Positions 1 to 7,904 of a stretch of 49,269 nt of DNA are shown piece after piece; within the stretch, counting starts at the first letter, position 1, and each line of letters opens with the position of its first letter. The notes beneath the pieces were generated by a model. That model saw only the letters and a program-made list of their open reading frames with translations, had not been told where the DNA came from and made no database searches. Location: NCBI GenBank assembly GCA_025449575.1, contig JANWJB010000024.1, forward strand, positions 1 through 49,269. The letters are read 5' to 3'. The translations under genes were made by a program, and so were the position numbers. This stretch comes from Acidobacteriaceae bacterium (GTDB lineage: Bacteria > Acidobacteriota > Terriglobia > Terriglobales > Acidobacteriaceae).

Positions 1-1497
1 GATAGAGGGCGAGATATGCGCCAGCACCGTCTCCATGGAGGAGTGTATGCGCAACGCGGGCGCCACGAAGTACAGTAACGGAGCGGCGCGCTGGATCCGC
101 AGGCCGGGAAAGTATCCATGGCGCTCCATCTCGCCCGGAGCGCCCTCCTCCCCGCGCTGCTCGTTCAGCGAGCGCACCCGAATCCAGTAATCCAAGCCTT
201 GCAACGGCAGTTGCAGATCTTCATCGGCCTTCAACTCAATCACCGCCAGCCGCCCCTCCGTTGTGGCGGTCAGCAGATCGAGCACGCCGCGGTCTGCGGC
301 GGCAAAGGCCGGAACTTGGGAATAGACAGCGGCAGAGTTGAAAACTCCGTCGATGCAGCCGAGGTCCCGGCGCACCACCGACTCCAGCCACGCCTCCGGC
401 CTGAGGCGGTAGAGCGGGTCTCGCGCGCTGCCCCCCGGGGAGCGGCGGGCAAAGAGCCGCTGCGCGAGATCGGCAAACAAGGCCTCCGAGCAGGCGTCGA
501 GCGGGGTCTCGTTGGTCCCGGCGCCAAAGGTGACGATGCCTCGCCGGACAAAGGAATTTGCCTGGTAGCCCTGGCGCACGCGGGCGAATTCCAGGCCGTG
601 CAGCGCCAGCGCTACTTCGTCCGGGCTGTTTGCGCGCTCCTCAATGGCGTCCTTCATCGCCGGAGGCAGCAGTTCGATCAGCCGGTCAAGGCCGCCGCGA
701 GCCCGCTCCACCGCGGCTCCGGCGTCGAATGCTTGCACCAGGCGCATCTTCAGGTTGCCTTCGCCGGAGGTCTCCACGCGGACAAGCTCTTCGGTTTCTT
801 CGCAGAGTTCATAAAGCTCCCAAGCCCCCAGCCGGGGATTCAGCCACGCCATGCGCGCCTGTGTAACGCCGCCCATGCCTTGCGGAACGATGACTTTGAG
901 GCCCTGGCAGATGCCTCTGCCTCCGCGGTGCTGGCGGCAGTACACCAGCCAAAGGATTCCCAGCGTCAGGATGCCGTCGATGGTGGCCTGTGTTTCTCCG
1001 GCGCCGGTTCCGATCACGGCCCAGCAGCGCTGCCCGCGCGTCAGCAGGCCGCGCGCATACGCCGGCCCAAAGCTGTTTTCCAGATCCATTGCCGAGCGCA
1101 GGTTCTCAACCTTGAAATCGCTGAAGGTGCGGGCTAGCAGCCGTTCCAGCAGGCGCACATAGGCGCTTCGGTCGAGCGAGCGCGAGGCCGGCGTGCGCAG
1201 ATCGCGGGTGGGAGCCAGATCGAGGGATTGCGGCCGTTCCATCCCGAGCCGCCGCACCAGCAGGCGCAGACGATCTTTCCGTTCCTCCACACCGACGACA
1301 GTGCGGATCAGGTTGCGCTCCTCCGACCACAGGTGCAGGACGCAGCGTCCATGTTCGGTCGAAAGCGCATACCGCGACGTGTGCATGTCAAAGAGGACGC
1401 GCCCGCCATCGAAGACCGCCGCTTGCGGATTGGTGGCAAAAAACGTTTCCAGCGATTGGGCTACATGCAGCGGATCGGCAGGCTTCGGCAAGGGCAT
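1..1497 (-). CDS. conserved hypothetical protein with C-terminal PD-(D/E)xK nuclease-like motif; C-terminus cut by window edge
   Basis: Absent from the ORF track because it has no stop inside the window. Hand translation of the minus strand from ATG (1497..1495) reads to base 1 with no stop seen: MPLPKPADPLHVAQSLETFFATNPQ...RGVLDLLTATTEGRLAVIELKADEDLQLPLQGLDYWIRV. The listed + ORF 118..1137 (Ala/Arg/Leu-rich, no motif) is its antisense shadow. Confidence 0.6.
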   Translation of the reverse strand, partial: MPLPKPADPLHVAQSLETFFATNPQAAVFDGGRVLFDMHTSRYALSTEHGRCVLHLWSEERNLIRTVVGVEERKDRLRLLVRRLGMERPQSLDLAPTRDLRTPASRSLDRSAYVRLLERLLARTFSDFKVENLRSAMDLENSFGPAYARGLLTRGQRCWAVIGTGAGETQATIDGILTLGILWLVYCRQHRGGRGICQGLKVIVPQGMGGVTQARMAWLNPRLGAWELYELCEETEELVRVETSGEGNLKMRLVQAFDAGAAVERARGGLDRLIELLPPAMKDAIEERANSPDEVALALHGLEFARVRQGYQANSFVRRGIVTFGAGTNETPLDACSEALFADLAQRLFARRSPGGSARDPLYRLRPEAWLESVVRRDLGCIDGVFNSAAVYSQVPAFAAADRGVLDLLTATTEGRLAVIELKADEDLQLPLQGLDYWIRVRSLNEQRGEEGAPGEMERHGYFPGLRIQRAAPLLYFVAPALRIHSSMETVLAHISPSI

Positions 1498-1613
1498 TGG
1501 AGCCCATCATGGCCGATGCGGCCGCAAGCCGCAATCCCTCTTCTTTACCAAGGGCTTTTTATGAAGGTGAATCCGCCGTCCCGACAGTCGGCTCGCGGCA
1601 GAATGCCGGCTCT

Positions 1614-2717
1614 CTAATTGCTGGATGCGATGGCGTAGTAGCCCTGGCGGACCTGCGCCTTCAGATCGTTCTCTTTGCATTGCACTTCCACCCGGCGATA
1701 GGTGCCATCCAGCTTGTCGTTGGTGGGCGTGTAGCTGGCGACATATTGGGTGCGCAGCTCCGCCTCGATTTGCGCAAAAGCCTGGGCAAGTTTCTTGCCG
1801 TTATTACCCACGTCGATGACACGGCCGCCGGTAGCCGCCGTCAGTTTCCGCATGGCGGCATCGCCGGAGTACCCCATTTGAAAGCCGCCGCCTCCCATAT
1901 AAAAGGGCCGGTCGGCGATCAGGATGACGTAGATGATGGCATTGGCCTTTTGTGCCGCGGCGATGGCCTCGTCAGGTTTTTCCCGGCTCCCCTGATCTTC
2001 TCCGTCTGTCAGCAGGATGAGCGCTTTGCGCCCGGTCTCTTGCGCCAACTTGGTGTTGGCGGCCAGATACACGGCGTCGTAGAGCAGTGTGCCGCGCGGT
2101 ACATCGGAGCTGGGCAGCGGTCCCTGGCCCATCCCCGGAATTCCGCCGCCACCGGTTCCCACGTTAATCTGCGCCTTGTCCATGGCGCGCTCCAGCTCGC
2201 GAGCATTGTTCGTGTAATCGGCCAGCAGATCGACATCTACGTCGAAGGAGATCAGGAAGGCTTCATCCTTGGAGCGCAGGATGCGTTGCAAAAACTCCGT
2301 GCCCGCTTGCTGTTCCATTGGCAGCACCCGCTGTTGGCTTCCGCTGGTGTCGAGCATGATGCCGAGGGTCAGCGGCTGATCGGTTTCTGCGCTGAAGTTC
2401 TTGATGGTCTGCGGAACCTTATCTTCATAAATCGCGAAGTCGTTCTTGGCAAGGCCGGGGATCAGAGCGCCGTGCTTGTCATGGACGGTGAAATAAAGGC
2501 TGACCAGATTGACGTTGACCTTGAGGGTTTCCAGAGGTTGCTGCTGCGGATTCTGATCAGGGCTGGTGGCGGGGCCTTGCGGAGCAGCGTCGGGAGAGGG
2601 CGCCATCTGTGCCCAGAGCGGCGTGGCCAAGGCCAGAAGGGCAGCCAATAGGCATGCGGAGCAACGGAAGCGCGCGATGCGGCGTGAGCGCATAAGCCTT
2701 AGACGGACGACCATCAT
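1614..2717 (-). CDS. secreted VWA domain protein (acidobacterial VWFA-related family, TIGR03436-like)
   Basis: Signal peptide ...LLALATPLWAQ. N-terminal module VNVNLVSLYFTVHDKHGALIPGLAKNDFAIYEDKVPQTI, then a VWA-like core (LGIMLDTSGS ... LILLTDGEDQGS). GAGGT lies 8 nt before the ATG. Confidence 0.85.
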   Translation of the reverse strand: MMVVRLRLMRSRRIARFRCSACLLAALLALATPLWAQMAPSPDAAPQGPATSPDQNPQQQPLETLKVNVNLVSLYFTVHDKHGALIPGLAKNDFAIYEDKVPQTIKNFSAETDQPLTLGIMLDTSGSQQRVLPMEQQAGTEFLQRILRSKDEAFLISFDVDVDLLADYTNNARELERAMDKAQINVGTGGGGIPGMGQGPLPSSDVPRGTLLYDAVYLAANTKLAQETGRKALILLTDGEDQGSREKPDEAIAAAQKANAIIYVILIADRPFYMGGGGFQMGYSGDAAMRKLTAATGGRVIDVGNNGKKLAQAFAQIEAELRTQYVASYTPTNDKLDGTYRRVEVQCKENDLKAQVRQGYYAIASSN

Positions 2718-2965
2718 GGAAAGGTACCTCAGCAGCTCTCTCCGGTCATCCGCGGAGGACCATCGCCCTCCTGCCGGAGGCTTTCTGCTACCCTTGTGAC
2801 AATGTCACTGGTCTTCTTTGAAGGGCCTGCTTTTAGGGCTCGTGGTGGCGGTGCGGATGATTCCCATCGGACCGGGAAGGCATCTATCAGATTATAGGAA
2901 ACCAAGGCGGGGTCCGGCATATTCCACCTTGGACGGGCGTCATCAAAGGCGTCTCGAGGGAGATT

Positions 2966-4267
2966 TTGGTGAGGCACGCCATCATGGCAATCGCGCTCCT
3001 GCTTCCGCTGGCTCTGAGCGGTCAGGAGCAGCCCATTTCTGGAGTACCCAATGCGCCGGCGCCGCAGTCCAGCAACAGCGTAAGCGCGCTTGCCGCGGGC
3101 GTAGCCCCTGGTGAGGCAAGCTCCTCCGCTTCCGACGCGGGCAATCCCGGGCAGCCCAGCGCGGATGAAAATGGTCCGGCGCCGGCGAGCGCGACCGCTC
3201 CTGGGGGCAATGTACAGACGGCGCCGCCGGTCGTCATTGGACCGGGGCAGATGAACAAGGATCTGCCCACTTTCACCGCCAACGTCAACTATGTCCAGAT
3301 TCCGGTGACGGTCCTGGATAAGAAGCATCAACAGGTTGCCGGCCTGACTTGGCGCGACTTCCAGGTTTTTGAGAATGGCCAGCGGCAACCGATCGCCACC
3401 TTTAGCGATGATGCGGTGCCCCTCTCCGTCGCGCTGGTGATCGATCAAAGCCTCAGTCATGACGTCATGCAGAAAGTGAATGCGAGCCTGGGAGCCATCC
3501 AGGGGGCATTTACACCATCGGACTCCGTCGCCGTTTTCACCTACTCGGACGGGGTGAATGAGGTTACGAACTTTACGGCAGCGCAAGGCGCGCGCCTGCC
3601 GGCCGTCTTGCAGGCTTCCAAATCGCCAGGTGCAGAGATGGGCGTGCCGGTCAACAGCGGAGCGTTCGCGCAGGGTCCGCACATCAACGGCATGCCGGTC
3701 GATCCCAACGTTGAGCCCGGGCGCTCCGCCGGCGGCCAGTTTATCGTGATTCCCAAGGAAGTTCACACGTTGAACGACGCCATTTTGGCGGCCGCCAAGT
3801 CGCTATCCGCGCAGCCCCACGACAATGACCGGCGGCGCATCATTTACGTCATCAGCGACGGCAGGGAATCGCGCAGCAAGGCCAGCTACAAAGATGTCGT
3901 CCACTACCTGCAGAGCAATGAGATTCAGGTTTACGGAACGCTGGTGGGTGACTCAGCAGTGTGGGGACTGGGCTATTTGGACAAGCTCAAGTTGCCGCTG
4001 CTGCCCCTCTCGCCGGACAACATCCTGCCCAGATACGTCAACGAGACCGGCGGGCATCTGGCGTCAGAGTTCTCTGAGGTCGGCATTCAGCGCAGCTTCG
4101 CAAAACTGGCGGCGCTGGGCCGCACTGAATACACACTTGGCTACTACAGCCACATCCCGCTGCTGAACAGCAGCTTCCGCAAGCTCGAGGTGCGGGTGCT
4201 GCGACCGGGCCTGGAAGTTCACGCCCCTCCGGGATACTTCCCCATGGCCTCCGCGCTGCTCCGGTAA
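2966..4267 (+). CDS. secreted VWA domain protein (TIGR03436-like), paralog of 1614..2717
   Basis: Same architecture: signal peptide, VQIPVTVLDKKHQQVAGLTWRDFQVFENGQRQPI, VALVIDQSLS, IIYVISDGRES. The track start is TTG at 2966; ATG at 2984 is an alternative. Confidence 0.85.
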   Translation: MVRHAIMAIALLLPLALSGQEQPISGVPNAPAPQSSNSVSALAAGVAPGEASSSASDAGNPGQPSADENGPAPASATAPGGNVQTAPPVVIGPGQMNKDLPTFTANVNYVQIPVTVLDKKHQQVAGLTWRDFQVFENGQRQPIATFSDDAVPLSVALVIDQSLSHDVMQKVNASLGAIQGAFTPSDSVAVFTYSDGVNEVTNFTAAQGARLPAVLQASKSPGAEMGVPVNSGAFAQGPHINGMPVDPNVEPGRSAGGQFIVIPKEVHTLNDAILAAAKSLSAQPHDNDRRRIIYVISDGRESRSKASYKDVVHYLQSNEIQVYGTLVGDSAVWGLGYLDKLKLPLLPLSPDNILPRYVNETGGHLASEFSEVGIQRSFAKLAALGRTEYTLGYYSHIPLLNSSFRKLEVRVLRPGLEVHAPPGYFPMASALLR

Positions 4268-4291
4268 CTGCCAATAGCGGGACCGCTCTCC

Positions 4292-5224
4292 ATGACGGCT
4301 AGCTTCGCCTCCAATGTGATCGCTCTGGGGCTGGTCGTTGCCGCGCTCTGGGGAGTGAGCGATTTTCTCGGCGGGCTGGCGACGCGCAAAGCTCGCGCCG
4401 TTCCCGTGGTAGCCGTCGCTCATGGCCTGAGCCTATTCGTGCTCGTGTTGGTGGCAATTGGCATCCACGCCCGTGTGCCCAGCGAGAGTGCCGCCATTTG
4501 GGGATTAGTCACCGGGCTCAGCAGCGGGGTGGCGGTGATCGCCTTCTACTCCGCCTTAGCCGCCGGCGAGATGGGACTCACCTCCGCCATCGCGGGCTTG
4601 CTCACCGCGGTGATCCCTGTGGCTTTTGCTTCTGTCACCGAGGGCAGTCCCAAGGCGACGCAGGTGGCAGGGTTTCTTCTCGCTGCGGCGGCTATCTGGC
4701 TGCTTGCTTACGAGCCCCACGGGCGGCCCCATGCCCGCGGTTTGGGGCTGGCAACCCTGGCCGGCTTTGGCTTTGGCATCTTCCTGGTCACATCGAAATT
4801 CGCCAGCCAGGGCGCGGTGCTTTGGCCCCTGGCGTTGTCACGCTTGGCTAGCGCCGGTTTGGCAGTATCCATCCTGATCGTCATGCGCTTCAGAGGTTGG
4901 CTGCGAGCGCCCGGGCAAGCGATCAGCATGCCCAGTGCGCGAGCCTTGGCCGTGCAGCCGCCTCAAGCGGAAAGCAGAAAACTGCTATCGTTGCCGCTGG
5001 CCTTCATTGTTGCAGGTATCGCAGGATTGCTGGAGACGTGCGGCAATCTGCTCTATATGATGGCGACGCATGTGGGCCGGCTCGACGTGGCTGCGGTACT
5101 CTCGTCTCTCTATCCTGCCGGCACCATTTTGCTCGCGATGTGGGTGTTGCGGGAGCGCGTTACCGGGAGGAAAGCCGCGGGAATTGTATTGGCGTTGGCG
5201 GCCGCCATGGTCATCTCGCTGTAG
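4292..5224 (+). CDS. EamA/DMT-family membrane transporter
   Basis: About 10 hydrophobic helices arranged as two repeated halves. Typical EamA-like N-terminus ALWGVSDFLGG. Confidence 0.75.
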   Translation: MTASFASNVIALGLVVAALWGVSDFLGGLATRKARAVPVVAVAHGLSLFVLVLVAIGIHARVPSESAAIWGLVTGLSSGVAVIAFYSALAAGEMGLTSAIAGLLTAVIPVAFASVTEGSPKATQVAGFLLAAAAIWLLAYEPHGRPHARGLGLATLAGFGFGIFLVTSKFASQGAVLWPLALSRLASAGLAVSILIVMRFRGWLRAPGQAISMPSARALAVQPPQAESRKLLSLPLAFIVAGIAGLLETCGNLLYMMATHVGRLDVAAVLSSLYPAGTILLAMWVLRERVTGRKAAGIVLALAAAMVISL

Positions 5225-5335
5225 AGGCAAATACCGCAAGAACTCCTGCGAGCTCCAAATACACCCCTAGACTGTTCGATCTTGCTTCTGAAAGGTCAGT
5301 CAATTCCGAGGGAATTGGCGGCGGAGAAAGAGCGG

Positions 5336-5542
5336 CTACTTCGCTTCGGTAGTGACCTCGGTCTTGGCCGCGGGCGTTTCCGTCTTGGCGGCTACTGCCG
5401 GCTCCCCTTTGATGGCTTCTTTAAAGCCCCGAAGACCTTCGCCCAGTCCTTTGCCCAACTCGGGAAGCTTACGCGGTCCGAAGAGCAGAAGCGCGACTAC
5501 CAGGATGATGACGAGATGTGTAGGTGTGAGTAATTCGCCCAT
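5336..5542 (-). CDS. tatA: twin-arginine translocase subunit TatA/E
   Basis: 68 aa. [43 protein letters not shown] is the canonical TatA TM helix plus amphipathic helix (FGPxKLPxLG). Confidence 0.92.
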   Translation of the reverse strand: MGELLTPTHLVIILVVALLLFGPRKLPELGKGLGEGLRGFKEAIKGEPAVAAKTETPAAKTEVTTEAK

Positions 5543-5712
5543 ATGGATGTTGTCCGCGCGTCGAAGAGAAAAAACCTCCCACTGCAGCGGAACCTCCTCC
5601 GATGCCTCTATTGTCGCACAACCCGGTTGCTTTCCCGCGGGAAGCTCTCAAACTCGGGTATTCGCGCTTTTGCACAGGGGTAGGAAGAAGCTCAGGGCGG
5701 CCGCCGCGCAGG

Positions 5713-6135
5713 TTAGTTTGCGGTGGGCTTCTTGAGCCGGGCCGCGATCATCCGGTAAAAGGCCGTGAGGCTCTCCGATTCGCCCATGGTGAGGCGGCGA
5801 TGGATCTTGATGAGCGGGTAGAGGCTGGACCCGGCGATGCGCAGGGTTGGGACGGAAAAATTTGCACCGGGATATTCTGTCATCTCCCACTCGCCGCCGA
5901 ATTGCGCGCGAAGGACTTCGCCGAAATAGCCGCCCCAGAGCTTGGTTTGGAATTCCAGGTCGCTGTCGGCTTGTCCCTCCAAAATCGTTTCCAGCACGTC
6001 AATGGATGGCTCGTTGAGATCGAGCCGCTGGTGGTGATCGCTCCAGGCGACGCGCACCGCTTCTTGAGCATAGGCGATCATCATCCCACCGATGGAATCG
6101 TGAGCCATGCCGGCCAATCTCTCTTTTGCGTTCAT
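5713..6135 (-). CDS. hypothetical protein
   Basis: ORF 5713..6255 trimmed to the internal ATG at 6135 (MNAKERLAGMAHD...). The upstream 40 residues look non-coding. No family recognised. Confidence 0.45.
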   Translation of the reverse strand: MNAKERLAGMAHDSIGGMMIAYAQEAVRVAWSDHHQRLDLNEPSIDVLETILEGQADSDLEFQTKLWGGYFGEVLRAQFGGEWEMTEYPGANFSVPTLRIAGSSLYPLIKIHRRLTMGESESLTAFYRMIAARLKKPTAN

Positions 6136-6345
6136 CTCTCTTAGCCTACCGCCGTCAGCGGTCGAGGCAAAGCCTTGTCCCCCTCTGACAGGAGGCCAGC
6201 CGCCATGTATCTTATGGATTGGCGCTTGTGCGCGGCGATTCGGCTCTTTTCCCAAGCGGAAGAGTCACAGCGAGGGCGGCAGCTCTTGCACGTCGAGGTG
6301 GCACTCCGCTGGAGCCGCGGTTTTGGAGGTACTTGGTTGAAGGGA

Positions 6346-7035
6346 ATGGATGTCGCTCAATGGAAGTGGGGAGCCGCAGCGGTTCTCCTGAGCTGGGGTG
6401 TTTTGCTGGGCGGCGTGGCCCGGGCCCAATCGGGGCCGCCGGCGGCCACTATTCAGGAGACGCCCTCTCTCCAAAACGAGACGCTATCGCAGATACATTA
6501 CAACAACGAATGGGAAATCTATGGCGGGCCGGCCTTTTCGCACTTCAACGGCGGCCCCAGTCTCATTGTCGGCACCAATTTGGGCGGATTTGACGTTCAG
6601 GGAACGCGCTGGTTCAGCAACCGGCTGGGCGCTACCGCGAATCTGCGCGGGTACTACGGGACGCAGGGCGTGGTGCCGAACGCTAAGAACATCCACGGCC
6701 CGTTTATTTTCGAGCATCTGTTTTTGGGCGGGGTCACCTATCGGGCGATCAATGGCGGTCATGCGGCGTTGGATCTCCATGCCTTTGCGGGCGGTTCTTA
6801 CGGAATCTTCAGCTCGGCTCTGGACAAGGGACAGTATCCGACGGAGTTCGGATTATTCAACGATGGCATGGCGTTCGCGACGGCGTTGGGAGGATCGTTG
6901 GATCTGAACCGCTCCTCTAAGGTTGCGCTGCGCATTTCTCCGGATTATCTGCTGACTACTTTTGGGGGTACCCGGCAAAACGAGTTTGCTATCTCCGTGG
7001 GCATCCTGTACCGCTTCTCCAAGGTCCGCAAATAG
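6346..7035 (+). CDS. outer-membrane beta-barrel protein (OMP_b-brl-like)
   Basis: ORF 6175..7035 trimmed to ATG 6346. Signal peptide MDVAQWKWGAAAVLLSWGVLLGGVARAQ, alternating aromatic/Gly beta-strand pattern, near-terminal ...ISVGILYRF. Confidence 0.65.
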   Translation: MDVAQWKWGAAAVLLSWGVLLGGVARAQSGPPAATIQETPSLQNETLSQIHYNNEWEIYGGPAFSHFNGGPSLIVGTNLGGFDVQGTRWFSNRLGATANLRGYYGTQGVVPNAKNIHGPFIFEHLFLGGVTYRAINGGHAALDLHAFAGGSYGIFSSALDKGQYPTEFGLFNDGMAFATALGGSLDLNRSSKVALRISPDYLLTTFGGTRQNEFAISVGILYRFSKVRK

Positions 7036-7074
7036 GATGTGACTACTTCACTCTGAATATCCACCCGCTACGCA

Positions 7075-7103
7075 GAAAGGCCCGGCCATTGGCCGGGCCT
7101 TTC
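7075..7103. terminator. bidirectional intrinsic terminator between convergent genes
   Basis: GAAA-GGCCCGGCC-ATT-GGCCGGGCC-TTTCT. Perfect 9-bp GC stem (7079..7087 / 7091..7099) with an A-run on one side and a T-run on the other. Confidence 0.75.
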
Positions 7104-7123
7104 TGCCTGCCTTGTTGTTGCGG

Positions 7124-7762
7124 TTATCGTTTCGCTTTCTTTTTGGCCGGTTTTTTGGCCGCCTTGGTCATGGTCTTCTTTGGCGCCTTGTTGGCGACCG
7201 TCTTCTTGGCGGCTGTCTTCTTGACTGCGGTTTTGCGAGCTGCCTTTTTGGCGGGAGCCTTTTTGCTTGCTACTTTCTTTACTGCCAAAGCCTTACCTCG
7301 TGTGTTGGATTTTTTGCTACCGGCGCTCTTCTTTTTGGGGGCTGCTTTTGCAACCCTACCACCGCCGCTCTTGGCGCCTCGACTGCTTTTGGCGGCGACG
7401 GAACTGTGGACAGCCTTCGCGGCTGGCTTCTTAGGCGCCGCTTTCTTCGCAGATTTCTTCTGGGGAGCCGCTGCCGCTTGCACTGCCGCCGGTTTCCGCG
7501 CCGCCTTGGGGGGAGCGGGCCGCTTGGCCTGCAAGGATTTCAGGTCCTCATCAGGATGCTCTGAGGTTGAAATATCCTGGTGGATGATTTGATCGTCACG
7601 GTCGTCAACGTCATCGATATCGTCGTCCGAGGAGATCGAGACGCTTATTTCCTCCTCTTCATCATCGTCGTCAAAGCCCTCCTCCGAGTCTTCCGGATAC
7701 TCATCTGTCTCAGGCTCAGACTCGCTGTCGTTGTATGCGTAGAGCTTGCGATCGTCGTGCAT
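7124..7762 (-). CDS. charge-segregated protein: acidic N-terminal half, histone H1/AlgP-like Lys-Ala-Pro-rich C-terminal half
   Basis: GGAGGT lies 6 nt upstream of the ATG. The N-terminal ~85 aa are dominated by D/E/S (DDDDEEEE, SSDDDIDDVDDRDD). The remaining ~125 aa are AAKK/KKPA/KKAA repeats ending AKKPAKKKAKR. The + strand ORFs 7089..7592 and 7112..7564 are shadows. Confidence 0.7.
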   Translation of the reverse strand: MHDDRKLYAYNDSESEPETDEYPEDSEEGFDDDDEEEEISVSISSDDDIDDVDDRDDQIIHQDISTSEHPDEDLKSLQAKRPAPPKAARKPAAVQAAAAPQKKSAKKAAPKKPAAKAVHSSVAAKSSRGAKSGGGRVAKAAPKKKSAGSKKSNTRGKALAVKKVASKKAPAKKAARKTAVKKTAAKKTVANKAPKKTMTKAAKKPAKKKAKR

Positions 7763-7842
7763 TTAGTACCTCCAGAGCTTCGGATGCGTTCCGAACCAGC
7801 TTCATTCGCAACCGTGATTCGCCACATTGGGCCGCGGCGCGG

Positions 7843-7852
7843 ATTATAGCAA
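7843..7852 (-). promoter_or_regulatory. candidate extended -10 promoter (TGcTATAAT) for 7124..7762
   Basis: The minus strand reads ...ctgtTGcTATAATccgcg, a perfect TATAAT with a TGn extension, about 80 nt upstream of the ATG at 7762. No good -35. Confidence 0.35.
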
Positions 7853-7904
7853 CAGCATGCAGCGGGATGCCAGCGAACGCAAGAGGCAAATGCGAAATTT
7901 CCTG

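Noticed and set aside
118-1137. 339-aa + strand ORF listed at the window start.
   Set aside because: It has no recognisable motif and shadow-like composition. The opposite strand carries a longer open frame with protein-like sequence.
7089-7592. Two + strand ORFs (167 and 150 aa) rich in Phe/Leu/Ala/Gly/Cys.
   Set aside because: They are complements of the AAG/GCN-rich lysine/alanine repeat gene on the minus strand. That gene has the RBS, promoter and terminator.
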